From: Candidatus Omnitrophota bacterium
GTDB lineage: Bacteria > Omnitrophota > Gorgyraeia > Tantalellales > Tantalellaceae
NCBI GenBank assembly: GCA_018813285.1
Contig: JAHJBY010000033.1
Span: 3,723 to 67,722 of the forward strand
Reading direction: 5' to 3'
Length of the DNA stretch: 64,000 bases
Shown: positions 38,320-48,591 of the stretch, piece by piece
Layout: every line of letters begins with the position of its first letter
Position numbering within the stretch: the first letter of the stretch is position 1
Program-made: the position numbers and the translations under genes
Notes under the pieces: generated by a model
Database searches by the model: none
What the model was told of the DNA's origin: nothing
The model's input: the letters and a program-made list of their open reading frames with translations, nothing else

Positions 38320-38655
38320 TCAAAGCGTATGATCTGTAAGCGTCGCAACATTCGGACACGTCGGTGCCGCAGTGCCAGAACCAATAACATAGGTAGTGGT
38401 TGGTCCCGCCGGGCACTCAGGCTCCCGCCTGATATACGCCGTCACAAGATCAGAAACAGCAGTCGCATTCGTACCCTCATCCAGATGATACAGGGTCTTC
38501 GCTCCGTCGATCTGTTTCAGATTGGCTATACACGCGTTGGTCATAGCCTTTTCCCGCGCCTTCACAAAGTTCGGGATAGCTACAGCCGCCAATAAACCTA
38601 TAATTGCGACAACGATCATGATCTCAACAAGCGTAAAACCTCTCTTACCCAACAT
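38320..38655 (-). CDS. pilA: type IV pilin, probable major pilin
   Basis: MLGKRG|FTLVEIMIVVAIIGLLAAVAIPN; C-terminal disulfide-loop cysteines. Followed by a strong terminator. Confidence 0.65.
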   Translation of the reverse strand: MLGKRGFTLVEIMIVVAIIGLLAAVAIPNFVKAREKAMTNACIANLKQIDGAKTLYHLDEGTNATAVSDLVTAYIRREPECPAGPTTTYVIGSGTAAPTCPNVATLTDHTL

Positions 38656-38791
38656 TTTTCTCAGCTTCATTTTTCTCACCTCCTTTCAAAAAACAGATTT
38701 GAGGGACACTTCCCCCCATACAGAGCAAGTATACCACCGTAAGATCCGATTGCAAGTCATGTTAAAAGTATAAAAAGCCAGTATCAATAGT

Positions 38792-40003
38792 CTAAAAATT
38801 CACGATATCAGACATCTTAAAGATCGGCAGAAACATACAAAGAACCACACTGCCGATCACTATTCCCAAAAACGCGATTATCAACGGTTCTATCAGGCTT
38901 GTCAGGCCATCGACGGACGTGTCGACCTGCGTGTCGTAAAAATCCGAGATCTTCGCGAGCATTTTTTCAAGTTGGCCGGTCTTTTCGCCCACGGCGATCA
39001 TCCGTGTAACCATGGAAGGAAAAATATCGCTCCTCTCCAGCGGTGCCGCGATGCTTTCGCCGTCCCTTACGCTGTCCTTTACGTCGTTTATCGCCCTCTC
39101 TATCGCGACGTTTCCGGCAGTCTTCGCCACTATTTCCAAAGACGCCAATATGGGAACACCGCTTTTCACAAGCGTGCTTAAAGTGCGGCTGAATTTACTG
39201 ATCGCGACCTTTTTCATCATGTCACCAAAGATCGGGGCTTTAAGCTTGAAGCTGTCAGCAATAAGCCTGCCACGGGGAGTTTTAAGATACCATTTAATAA
39301 CAACTACAATAGCCGCGATGAAAATTACGATGAGAAAAAAATACGCGCGCATAAAATCGCTGAGATTGATCAAGAATTCTGTCGGGGCCGGCAACTTTGC
39401 CCCAAACCCTGAAAAAATATCTTTGAAAACCGGAATGACTTTCAATATCAGGACAAGCGTGATCACGACAGCCATGCCCGAAACTACCGCGGGATAGATC
39501 AACGCGGACTTTATCTTTTTCTGAAGGGCGTTCGTCTTCTCTATGTACGTCGCCACCCTGTCAAGTATCACATCAAGGGTTCCCGAGGACTCACCCGCAC
39601 GGACCATATTCACAAAAAGCGCGCTGAATATTTCGGAATGCCCGGCCATCGCGTCCGAAAGGCTTGATCCGGTATTCACAGAGTCCCTCACTTCAGTCAA
39701 CACGCTCTCCATCGTTGAGTTCTCCGATTGATCTATCAGAATATCAAGGGACATGACCACCGGGATACCTGAATCTATCATAGTGGCCAGCTGCCTGAAA
39801 AAGATCACAAGGTCATCCAACTTGACCTTCTTTTTTTTCGTGAACACAGAAAGTGATCTCCCCCGCGCGGCCTCTTCCAGTTTCAATATTACAAATTTTT
39901 TCTCTCTGAGAAGATCCAAAGCCTGCTTTTTATCGGCCGCTGAGACATTCCCCTTCACCGTTCGCCCCGCTATGTCCTTTACCGTATAATTGAATTTTGC
40001 CAT
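38792..40003 (-). CDS. pilC: type IV pilus assembly platform protein PilC / GspF family
   Basis: Two T2SSF repeats, three TM helices. Confidence 0.85.
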   Translation of the reverse strand: MAKFNYTVKDIAGRTVKGNVSAADKKQALDLLREKKFVILKLEEAARGRSLSVFTKKKKVKLDDLVIFFRQLATMIDSGIPVVMSLDILIDQSENSTMESVLTEVRDSVNTGSSLSDAMAGHSEIFSALFVNMVRAGESSGTLDVILDRVATYIEKTNALQKKIKSALIYPAVVSGMAVVITLVLILKVIPVFKDIFSGFGAKLPAPTEFLINLSDFMRAYFFLIVIFIAAIVVVIKWYLKTPRGRLIADSFKLKAPIFGDMMKKVAISKFSRTLSTLVKSGVPILASLEIVAKTAGNVAIERAINDVKDSVRDGESIAAPLERSDIFPSMVTRMIAVGEKTGQLEKMLAKISDFYDTQVDTSVDGLTSLIEPLIIAFLGIVIGSVVLCMFLPIFKMSDIVNF

Positions 40004-40193
40004 CTTATGTTCCTTTTTGGCCAAGTTCCTGTTTCAGCAGACTTAAATTAGATTCTTCGTCGCGCTGCTCCTCAGAATGACGGCGTGTAAGTCTGTCATT
40101 CTGCCTGTCCCGAGCGAAGACGAGGGGAGCGAAGCCGAGGGGAGTCCGAAGGACGAAGAATCTCAAAACATTGAAATTCCTATACATCGAGTT

Positions 40194-41900
40194 TTATGTG
40201 ACCCTTAACACCTCTTCAAGCGTTGTCCACCCCTTACACAGCTTGGTTATGGCATTCTCGCGTAAGGTCCTGAAATTCTTCGATCTCAAGTATTCTTTGA
40301 TCTTCTCCTCAGACTCGCCGGAAGTGACCAAATTGCGCATTTCGTCATCCATAAGAAGGGTTTCCAAAGTGCCAAGACGTCCCAGGTACCCCGTGTTGTC
40401 GCATTTTGAACATCCTCTTCCTTCATAAAACTTGTCCGCCTCTTTAACTTCCGGATATTTTGCCGCAAGCTCCTTCCGAACATCGAGAGGTATGGAGATC
40501 TCTGTCTTGCAGGCGGGACATATCCGCCGCAACAGGCGCTGTGCACACGACATTATGAGGCTCGAGGCAACTAAAAACGGCTCCACTCCCATGTTAACAA
40601 GACGGGTTATCGCCCCTATCGAATCGTTCGTGTGAAGCGTACTCAACACGATATGCCCGGTAAGAGATGACTTTATAGCGGTATCGGCGGTCTCGTGGTC
40701 ACGTATCTCACCAACCATAATAACATCCGGCGTTTGCCGAAGAATTGATCTTAATCCGGCCGCAAAATCCAAGCCGATGTCTCCCCTGACAGCCATCTGT
40801 GTTATCCCCTCAACCTGATATTCCACGGGATCTTCAATCGTTACGATGTTTTTTTCGGGAACATTGAGCTTATTCAGCACGGAATACAATGTGGTGGATT
40901 TACCGCTGCCGGTGGGACCGGTCACAAGTATTATCCCGAAGGGAACTTCGAGCGCCGTTTTGAAATCCGCAAGCGGCCGGGGCAAAAAACCCAGAGACTC
41001 AAGCCCCACAGAAAGATTGCTTTTATCTAAAGCCCTTAACACGATCTTGTTCCCAAAAACCGTCGGCAGCACTGACACACGAAAATCGATTTCTTTTCCA
41101 ACCGTTTTTATCCGGAATCGCCCGTCCTGCGGTACACGATTTTCAGTGATATCCAGCGTCGACATGATCTTCACCCGGGCCAGCACCGCATTCTGGTATT
41201 TTTTAGGCAGATCAAAAACATCATGAAGCTCACCGTCGATCCGGTAGCGAACCCGCAATGAATATTCCTGAGGTTCGATATGTATATCACTCGCCCTCTT
41301 TCTAATGGCTTCACTTATTATAACGGCCACCATTTTCACTATAGGCGCGGCGTCACTGTCTTTCGCGTAATCAAGATCGCGAAAACTGTCCGGCGCCTCA
41401 AACACTTCGATGTCGTGCTCCTTTTCGCCGCCCGTGTCAATGATCGTCGATATGTCCTTGCCGCAAGCTGAAAAATATTTCTTGAGCGTCGCGAGAATAT
41501 CCTGCCGCGTCGCAAGGGCGAGGTGCACATCGCACCGGGCAACCGTTTTTACGTCATCGATGGCAAGAATATCCGCCGGATCGGAAACTACCAGGGTTAG
41601 ATTATCCCCCACACGTGATAACGGGATAACGTTATACTTTTTTGCTATCTTTTCAGGCACCATCCCCATTGCCACATCATCAAGTTTAATCCTCATCGGA
41701 TCAACAGGTGGAATTCCTGTCTCCAAACTCAAGACCACCAAAAGATCCTTCCCTCTAACCGCGCCACTCTCAACGAGTTCTCTCATAAGATTGCCGCCTG
41801 AGGTCTTGATCGTTTCTGAGATCGCGTCAAGCGCGCCTTTATCTATAAGCCCTTTTTCCAAAAGAGCGTTAACTATATCCTTTTGCGCGGGTGTTTTCAT
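40194..41900 (-). CDS. pilB: type IV pilus assembly ATPase PilB / GspE family
   Basis: N-terminal T2SSE_N region, Walker A GPTGSGKST, Asp box, Walker B, His box, tetracysteine CPAC...CSKC. Confidence 0.85.
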   Translation of the reverse strand: MKTPAQKDIVNALLEKGLIDKGALDAISETIKTSGGNLMRELVESGAVRGKDLLVVLSLETGIPPVDPMRIKLDDVAMGMVPEKIAKKYNVIPLSRVGDNLTLVVSDPADILAIDDVKTVARCDVHLALATRQDILATLKKYFSACGKDISTIIDTGGEKEHDIEVFEAPDSFRDLDYAKDSDAAPIVKMVAVIISEAIRKRASDIHIEPQEYSLRVRYRIDGELHDVFDLPKKYQNAVLARVKIMSTLDITENRVPQDGRFRIKTVGKEIDFRVSVLPTVFGNKIVLRALDKSNLSVGLESLGFLPRPLADFKTALEVPFGIILVTGPTGSGKSTTLYSVLNKLNVPEKNIVTIEDPVEYQVEGITQMAVRGDIGLDFAAGLRSILRQTPDVIMVGEIRDHETADTAIKSSLTGHIVLSTLHTNDSIGAITRLVNMGVEPFLVASSLIMSCAQRLLRRICPACKTEISIPLDVRKELAAKYPEVKEADKFYEGRGCSKCDNTGYLGRLGTLETLLMDDEMRNLVTSGESEEKIKEYLRSKNFRTLRENAITKLCKGWTTLEEVLRVT

Positions 41901-41912
41901 GTCTCTTCGCCT

Positions 41913-43658
41913 CTACTCTCTGTCCTCCGCGGTAATTCGCACAACCTCTTCCAAGGACGTCTCCCCTGCCAAAACACGCTCGATCCCATTTTCCCGCAAC
42001 GTAACCATTCCTTCATCCCTTGCCATTTTTCGTATCTCCGTTTCCTCCTGGCGTCTAAACAAAAGGTCCTTGATATTCGGCGTTACGCGCATACACTCAA
42101 CGATCATTGACCTTCCGTGATAACCGGAATTAGAGCACCGTTCGCATCCAGAGGGTTCATACAACTCAGGGACCTTCCCATTAGCGTCAAGAAGCCCGTA
42201 CTTTTCGACGACATCCGCCGCCGGCGCGTATGGCTTCTTACATTCCGGGCACAGTATCCGAAGCAACCGCTGTGCCACAACAAGTATGACCGATGACGCT
42301 ATGAGGAACGGCTCAACCCCCATATTGACCAATCTCACAACAGAACCCGGGGCAGTGCTTGTATGCAATGAACTTAATACAAGGTGACCGGTCAACGCGG
42401 ACTTGATCGCGATATCCACTGTCTCAAAGTCTCTGATCTCTCCGATCATAATATCATCCGGGTCCTGCCTCAATATCGACCGCAAACAGCCCGCGAAGGT
42501 CAGTCCGACCGCGCTATTCACAGAAACCTGTCCGATCCCCTTAAGCTCATATTCTACCGGATCCTCAACCGTGACCAGATTCTTGCCGGGACTATCAACA
42601 TATTTCAAAATGGAATAAAGTGTTGTTGTCTTCCCTGACCCGGTCGGACCGCATGCCAGAATCATGCCGTAAGAGCTTTCGGACGCGGAACAGATGGTGG
42701 CCCGGTCTCTTTCGCACAACCCGAGTTTAGTTATATCCACCATTATCTGTTGCCTGTCAAGGACTCTAAGGCTCGCTTTTTCTCCTAAAATAGAAGGAAT
42801 AATAGAGAGACGAAAGTCAACACGGTGGTCATCCGCCCTCAGCTGGAACCGCCCATCCTGAGGCAGACGGCTTTCCGCGATATTTAGATCCGCCATCACT
42901 TTAAGCCGTGAAATGATGGCTCTGTGATATTTTCGAGGCGGCGTATGACGAACATGCAGTATTCCGTCAATTCGATATCTGACTCGAAAATTTTTCTCCA
43001 TCGGTTCGATCAAAATATCACTCGCCCGTTCGCGAACGGCCTGACTGATAATCAAATTGGCCAGTTTTACGACCGGAGCTTCCTCCATTATCCTCTGAAG
43101 ATCACCGGGGTTGAGTTTCTCTTCTCCCCCTTCATTCACCATTTCCACTTGAGCGGCCGTCATGCCTTCAACCAGATGGCTTATTTCTTCGTCCGCGGAT
43201 TTCTCATAACAGTTTATGATAGCTTCGGCCATATCGTCCCGGTCGGCCAAAACAGGTATGATCTTCATGCGGGTTAAAGCTTTTATATCATCAAGTGTGA
43301 AAATGTTCGACGGGTCTACCATGGCCACAGTAAGATACTTCCCGAGGCGTGAAATGGGCAATACCTGATACATTTTTGAAACTCGCCTTGGGATAAGCTT
43401 AAGGACTTCTTTTTCTACCTGGATCCGAGACATGTTGACAGGCGGAAAACCTGAGATCTCGCTTAAGGCCGCCAGAATATGCTCCCTGCCGACAACGTTC
43501 ATCTTCAAAAGAATGTCACTTAATTTTCCGCCCTGCCTGCCATAGATCTCTTTTGCCTGTTTTAGATCATCATTGGAGATCAATTTGTTCTTGATCAAGA
43601 GATCACACGTTTTGTTTGTCAGCGATAGCGCCATTTTTTTATCTCGACTCCGGGTCAA
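41913..43658 (-). CDS. second PilB/GspE-family secretion ATPase (tandem paralog)
   Basis: GPTGSGKTTT, His box, CPEC...CERC. Confidence 0.8.
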   Translation of the reverse strand: MTRSRDKKMALSLTNKTCDLLIKNKLISNDDLKQAKEIYGRQGGKLSDILLKMNVVGREHILAALSEISGFPPVNMSRIQVEKEVLKLIPRRVSKMYQVLPISRLGKYLTVAMVDPSNIFTLDDIKALTRMKIIPVLADRDDMAEAIINCYEKSADEEISHLVEGMTAAQVEMVNEGGEEKLNPGDLQRIMEEAPVVKLANLIISQAVRERASDILIEPMEKNFRVRYRIDGILHVRHTPPRKYHRAIISRLKVMADLNIAESRLPQDGRFQLRADDHRVDFRLSIIPSILGEKASLRVLDRQQIMVDITKLGLCERDRATICSASESSYGMILACGPTGSGKTTTLYSILKYVDSPGKNLVTVEDPVEYELKGIGQVSVNSAVGLTFAGCLRSILRQDPDDIMIGEIRDFETVDIAIKSALTGHLVLSSLHTSTAPGSVVRLVNMGVEPFLIASSVILVVAQRLLRILCPECKKPYAPAADVVEKYGLLDANGKVPELYEPSGCERCSNSGYHGRSMIVECMRVTPNIKDLLFRRQEETEIRKMARDEGMVTLRENGIERVLAGETSLEEVVRITAEDRE

Positions 43659-44149
43659 TCCTTGTTTTGTTTCGCGTACAGCTTGTTTATCGCTTCATTA
43701 ATTGATGTGATCACTCCGATGAATACCTGAACTTTCTTCCCGGACAACATTTCCACGTCTTCGATCGCGCTCGAATTAAGGGGGTTTGGCATCACGACAA
43801 TGAGGATGTCCCCTATCACGTCGACAGGCAGTATCCTGTACTGCCGCACGACGTTCTCGGGGACAAGCTTCGCCGCTTCCGGATTGAGCGTATAATTTTC
43901 TACCATCATAAAAGGAAAACCATATTGCGCGACAATGGCCTGTGCTATCTCCTGTTCGCCCGCGTACCCTAATTGAATGAGTATCTCTCCGAAAAGTCCA
44001 CCCTCTGTCTGTTGAAACTCAATGCCCTTCTTCAATTGATCCTTTGATATCGCGCCCTGTTTCAGCAATATCTCCCCGAGTCTTTCTTCGATGCGCTTTT
44101 TCAACACCACAATATTGTCCTCCCGTTTCAGTATCATTGCCCGGATCAA
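43655..44149 (-). CDS. stand-alone T2SSE_N / MshEN-like domain protein (candidate c-di-GMP-binding module)
   Basis: RLGEILLKQGAISKDQLKKGIEFQ fits the MshEN 24-residue motif RLGxxLLxxGxIxxxxLxxxLxxQ. A second half-repeat follows. 4-nt overlap with the PilB paralog. Confidence 0.55.
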   Translation of the reverse strand: MIRAMILKREDNIVVLKKRIEERLGEILLKQGAISKDQLKKGIEFQQTEGGLFGEILIQLGYAGEQEIAQAIVAQYGFPFMMVENYTLNPEAAKLVPENVVRQYRILPVDVIGDILIVVMPNPLNSSAIEDVEMLSGKKVQVFIGVITSINEAINKLYAKQNKD

Positions 44150-45216
44150 GCGGAATGTTCGATCAGTTTCTCAAGTTCCGCGGGATCCAGAGATCTGGAC
44201 ATCGCGCTCTCATATGTTATAACCCTCGACAGATATAGATCCGAAAGTGATTGATTCATGGTTCTCATGCCGGATTTCTGTGACGTTTGGATCGTCGAAT
44301 ATATCTGGTGGGTTTTTTCATCGCGTATCATGGTCCGTACAGAAGGTGTCGCCACAAGCATTTCCGCGGCAAGAACTCTTCCACTTCCATCGGCTTTATC
44401 GACCAACTGCTGTGAAATGATACCAAGCAGATCGAAAGACAGCTGCGCCCGTATCTGGCGCTGCTGATGTGACGGAAAAACATCCACTATGCGATTTATC
44501 GTCTGCACACTGTCGGCAGTATGAAGTGTCGCGAGAACAAGATGTCCCGTATCCGCTATTATCAGCGCCTGTTGGATGGTCTCAAAATCCCGCAGTTCTC
44601 CGATCAGGATGACATCCGGATCCTGTCTCAGCACCCGCATCAAGGCATCACTGAAAGAACGAGTATCAAGCCCCACCTCCCGCTGGTCTACAACAGCAAG
44701 ATTGTTCTGATGAATGAACTCCAAAGGATCTTCCACCGTAACAATGTGGCATTTTCGGGTGCGATTTATTTCATTCACCATAGCCGCTAATGTGGTGGAT
44801 TTTCCGCTGCCGGTAGCACCCGTCACAAGAACCAATCCCTGATGTGCCCGGCAGAATCCGATGATGGTATCACCAGGCAACCCGCACTCTTCAATGCTCC
44901 GGATCCTGACAGGGATCATCCTGATCGCGCACCCTACCCACGAACGCTGATAGAATACATTCACCCTATACCGGGCGACATCTTTGATCTCGAAGGAAAA
45001 ATCCAATTCTTTATCTCTTTCCAGACGCACCACCTGTTCATCGCTCATCAGGCTATACGTGATCTCCCGGACGTCATCCGGCGTGAGAACACGATCACAG
45101 GCAACGACAAGATCACTGTTGATCCGGTAATGCATCGGCGCGTTTGCCGCAATATGCAGATCCGAAGCATTGTTTTCTTTCATCTTGATCAGCAGCTTCC
45201 TTATATTTCCATCCAT
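44146..45216 (-). CDS. pilT: type IV pilus retraction ATPase
   Basis: GATGSGKSTT. Near-colinear with canonical PilT along the whole length. Confidence 0.9.
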   Translation of the reverse strand: MDGNIRKLLIKMKENNASDLHIAANAPMHYRINSDLVVACDRVLTPDDVREITYSLMSDEQVVRLERDKELDFSFEIKDVARYRVNVFYQRSWVGCAIRMIPVRIRSIEECGLPGDTIIGFCRAHQGLVLVTGATGSGKSTTLAAMVNEINRTRKCHIVTVEDPLEFIHQNNLAVVDQREVGLDTRSFSDALMRVLRQDPDVILIGELRDFETIQQALIIADTGHLVLATLHTADSVQTINRIVDVFPSHQQRQIRAQLSFDLLGIISQQLVDKADGSGRVLAAEMLVATPSVRTMIRDEKTHQIYSTIQTSQKSGMRTMNQSLSDLYLSRVITYESAMSRSLDPAELEKLIEHSA

Positions 45217-45241
45217 ACCGTCTCCTTCTCCTTTCCCTGAG

Positions 45242-46693
45242 CTATTCTCCCATGACCATGTTCTTCCCCTCTCCGGTCGCCTTTTTCAAATTCTCGGCCG
45301 CTTTCGCGATAATAGCCGCAGCGTCAATACCGTCAATAGGGTTCTCCCCCACACCCGCGCTAACGGTAACCCTGTCCTCTATATCGGCCGATAGCTGTAT
45401 TTTCGACACATGATCGCGAATATTTTCCGCAACCTCTATACTTTCCCTTTTATTCGTCTCCGGCAAGATCACACCGAACCCGCTGATCCCAAACCTCGCA
45501 ACTTTGGCGACCGGAGACAAGAGACCCGGTACAAGTCGCGCGACCTGTTTTAAAAGCTGCCCGGCGCGAGCCTCCCCGTAACGTTTGGAATAAGCGTCAA
45601 AATCATCGATACCGAAAAGAATAAGAGAACAGGCCTTCTGGTAAAACGCGGCCCGTTTTATCTCGTCTTTCATCTTGTTTTCAAGGTATGTTCTGGAAGG
45701 AAGCCCCGTTACGGTATCCACTACATCCGCCGTCTTTTCCGTAAATATTTTGCTGGCCTGATACCCGATGACCAGAATCTTCTCGAACGCCTGAAGAACC
45801 TGCACATATCCGGCATTAAACTCATGGCCGGGCGCAAAATTCCCCAACATGATCATACCCACGACCCTCTCCCAAGAGATCATCGGATAAAACAACACAT
45901 TTACCAGATCCAGATCTTCACGAAGCTCGATCTGACAGTGTTTTGTCAATGGGCGTGAATCCATAGAAAAAGTTTCCCCATTCTCTATGAACAGCTGTTC
46001 CAAAAGAGACAGTTTTTTCATTATCTCATGAGAAGGCACATTTTTTCCCGACTTATTGACAAAGCTTCGCGTAGCGTACCCACCACTGTCCTCTTTCACA
46101 AATATCCCGCAGTAACTTCCCTCCAATTCGTCCGTAAGTTTCTCCGCGACAAAACCCAGAACTTTATCAAAACCGGAACCGGCTGTAACTAACTCACCGG
46201 TCTCGATAATATTCGTCAGTGTTGCCACTTTGTCGCGTATCTGCCTGTTCAACACGGTAGTCGTTCTGCCATAACGTTTAAGTTCGTCCACATAACCGAC
46301 CATCCGATTTCTCATCATATCCACGACTTCGGCTATTACACCAAGCTCATCATCCTGGCACACTGTGATCCTGGCCTCGTAGTTGCCCTTCGCGACTTCC
46401 CGCGTAAAAGCGGCAAGATCAATGACGGGCATGATCATGCGCCGCACGATAATAAACCCGAGGATAGCGATCCATAGGGTCAGCAACATCACTATAGAAG
46501 CCTGCATAAGATTGGACGGCTCCACAAAGACATAGTTCACAGTGAAATAGAGAATGATAAGAAGGGGTACTATCGACATTAAAGAAAAAGAGAGCACAAG
46601 CTTACGGCGTAATCCCTGTTTTTGCAACGTAAACATGTCGGTCAATTCCATATGCCTCTCCTCTTTTTTGTAAAAAAGATACACCCGGGGCAT
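45242..46693 (-). CDS. TM-HAMP-GAF-GGDEF protein with a degenerate GGDEF motif (GISGF); likely inactive as a cyclase, possible receptor
   Basis: DTVTGLPSRTYLE (DxLTGL-like) then VARFGISGFGVILPET where VARYGGEEFAVILP is expected. No RxxD I-site was seen. Confidence 0.65.
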   Translation of the reverse strand: MPRVYLFYKKEERHMELTDMFTLQKQGLRRKLVLSFSLMSIVPLLIILYFTVNYVFVEPSNLMQASIVMLLTLWIAILGFIIVRRMIMPVIDLAAFTREVAKGNYEARITVCQDDELGVIAEVVDMMRNRMVGYVDELKRYGRTTTVLNRQIRDKVATLTNIIETGELVTAGSGFDKVLGFVAEKLTDELEGSYCGIFVKEDSGGYATRSFVNKSGKNVPSHEIMKKLSLLEQLFIENGETFSMDSRPLTKHCQIELREDLDLVNVLFYPMISWERVVGMIMLGNFAPGHEFNAGYVQVLQAFEKILVIGYQASKIFTEKTADVVDTVTGLPSRTYLENKMKDEIKRAAFYQKACSLILFGIDDFDAYSKRYGEARAGQLLKQVARLVPGLLSPVAKVARFGISGFGVILPETNKRESIEVAENIRDHVSKIQLSADIEDRVTVSAGVGENPIDGIDAAAIIAKAAENLKKATGEGKNMVMGE

Positions 46694-46754
46694 CTATTTC
46701 CCCGCACAGTCTATCAATATTACCCTACGCATCGCTGAAAGTCAAAGAGGCAAC

Positions 46755-46812
46755 CAGCTATCAGCTGTCAGCTGTCAGCTAAAAAAAAGATGGAGACTTG
46801 CGACTTTCAGCT
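46755..46812. repeat. (CAGCTRT)n microsatellite-like repeat, left flank of the radical-SAM gene
   Basis: cagctatcagctgtcagctgtcagct, and ctttcagct again 25 nt downstream. Confidence 0.5.
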
Positions 46813-46833
46813 AAAAAAGGCGCAAAACGCAGT

Positions 46834-48591
46834 TCAGGACCCGAAGCCGCTATCGACGAATTCTTGTTTCAAACACGCCTCAGATGTCCCTGTCTTTATA
46901 TGCCCCCATGGAAGGGTTTCCGCGATGGAGAATGTCTTTTGTGCTTCATCCCTGATGTCGAGACCGTTCTCCTTGAATGCGGCTTCCCATATGGAAAGAT
47001 CGAAAAAATCCGACCACCCATCCATCTTCGCCCCCCCGCGCCAGGCGGAATAGATAACATCCGCAATCCTTCGGTCTCCGCGGGACATACAGGTTTCCAG
47101 AATAGACCGTCCGATATCATGAAATTCCACTTTGACCCGTTTTGAACCCCTCGCTAATAGCTGTCGCCTCGTTTCCCGGAGCCGTTCCTCCGGCGCCATT
47201 CCCATCCACTGAAAGGGTGTGTGAGGCTTGGGTATGAATGGGTTTACGCTTACTTTTACATCGGCTGCCCGTCCCTGCAGCTCTTTCCTTAGAACGGAAA
47301 CATCATTGGCCCATCGCATGATATCATCAACTTCGGCGTCAATCCGTCCGGGAAACCCCACCATAAAATAAAGTTTCAATCGCTGCCACCCGTGCCGGTA
47401 TGCCACCCGTGCCGATTGACACAGTACATCATAGTCCGTTTTCTTTCCAATGGAACGCTGAATATCCGGATTGGCGGCTTCAGGCGCGAACGTAAGCGCC
47501 GCTTTTCTCTCCGCCGCGATTATCTCGGGGATCTCATAGAACGCCTCATCCACTCTAAGCGAAGGGATCGATATCCCCACCCCACGCCCTTTAAAATCCT
47601 CATTTAACCCTTTCACCAGATCCGCCAGATACGGATAATTAACGCTGGAAAGCGACAATAACGTTATCTGCGAGTACCCCGTATTTTTGTATGCCTCACG
47701 GCACAAAGCTCGTACCATTTCCGGTTTTCTGACGCGAACCGGACTGTTTATGGCACTGGCCTGACAAAAGCGGCACTTGTTCGGACATCCCCTCATTACC
47801 TCAACCACGATCCTGTCATGAACGATCTTAATGAACGGGACCAGTTGTTTCACCGGATAATACGCGCTGTTAAGATCTTTCACTTCACCCTTTTTTACAC
47901 AACGCGGGACATCGCCATTAGCGGGAACTATCTGATCAAACCTGCTGCCGGCGTATTTGGCGTCGTACAAACACGGCACATATACCCCTTTTAATAACGA
48001 CAATTTTTTCATCTTCCGTTTTCTGGTTAAAGACAATAAGCTGATCTTTCTGTACTCTTCTATGAATTCGGGCAGTGTCTCTTCCGCGTCCCCTATGAAA
48101 AAAACATCTATGAAGCGGCTCATGGGCTCCGGATTAAAGCAGCATGCTCCACCGGCAATAATTATTGGTTCATCCTCGCCGCGTTGATCCGCGAGAACAG
48201 TTATCCCCGAAAGGTTCAGCATATTGAGAACGTTGGTATACGTAAGTTCGTAGGAAAGCGAAAATCCGACGATGTCGAATTTATTTATGTCGGTTTTGGA
48301 TTCAAGACTGAACAGCTTTATCCCGGACGTGACCAGTTCCTTCTCCATATCGTGCGCCGGAGCAAACACGCGTTCGCACACCACGTCGTCCCGTTCATTG
48401 AGCAAATGATACAGGAGCTTGAGCCCGAGATAGCTCATGCCTATTTCATACATGTCAGGGTATGCCAACGCGACCGATACACGGCCCGGACGGAAATCCT
48501 TTCGGCGGGCGCCCGTTTCCCCGCCTATATACCGTCCGGGTTTTTGCACCTTATCTAACATATCGGTTAATTTCGTCACTTCCCTCCCCAT
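46834..48591 (-). CDS. radical SAM protein with N-terminal B12-binding-like domain
   Basis: CPNKCRFCQA (CxxxCxxC); 585 aa. Confidence 0.7.
   Translation of the reverse strand: MGREVTKLTDMLDKVQKPGRYIGGETGARRKDFRPGRVSVALAYPDMYEIGMSYLGLKLLYHLLNERDDVVCERVFAPAHDMEKELVTSGIKLFSLESKTDINKFDIVGFSLSYELTYTNVLNMLNLSGITVLADQRGEDEPIIIAGGACCFNPEPMSRFIDVFFIGDAEETLPEFIEEYRKISLLSLTRKRKMKKLSLLKGVYVPCLYDAKYAGSRFDQIVPANGDVPRCVKKGEVKDLNSAYYPVKQLVPFIKIVHDRIVVEVMRGCPNKCRFCQASAINSPVRVRKPEMVRALCREAYKNTGYSQITLLSLSSVNYPYLADLVKGLNEDFKGRGVGISIPSLRVDEAFYEIPEIIAAERKAALTFAPEAANPDIQRSIGKKTDYDVLCQSARVAYRHGWQRLKLYFMVGFPGRIDAEVDDIMRWANDVSVLRKELQGRAADVKVSVNPFIPKPHTPFQWMGMAPEERLRETRRQLLARGSKRVKVEFHDIGRSILETCMSRGDRRIADVIYSAWRGGAKMDGWSDFFDLSIWEAAFKENGLDIRDEAQKTFSIAETLPWGHIKTGTSEACLKQEFVDSGFGS

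Noticed and set aside
41410-42120. 236-aa plus-strand ORF
   Set aside because: Antisense to the Walker-A region of the PilB/GspE genes; Ser-rich with no motifs.
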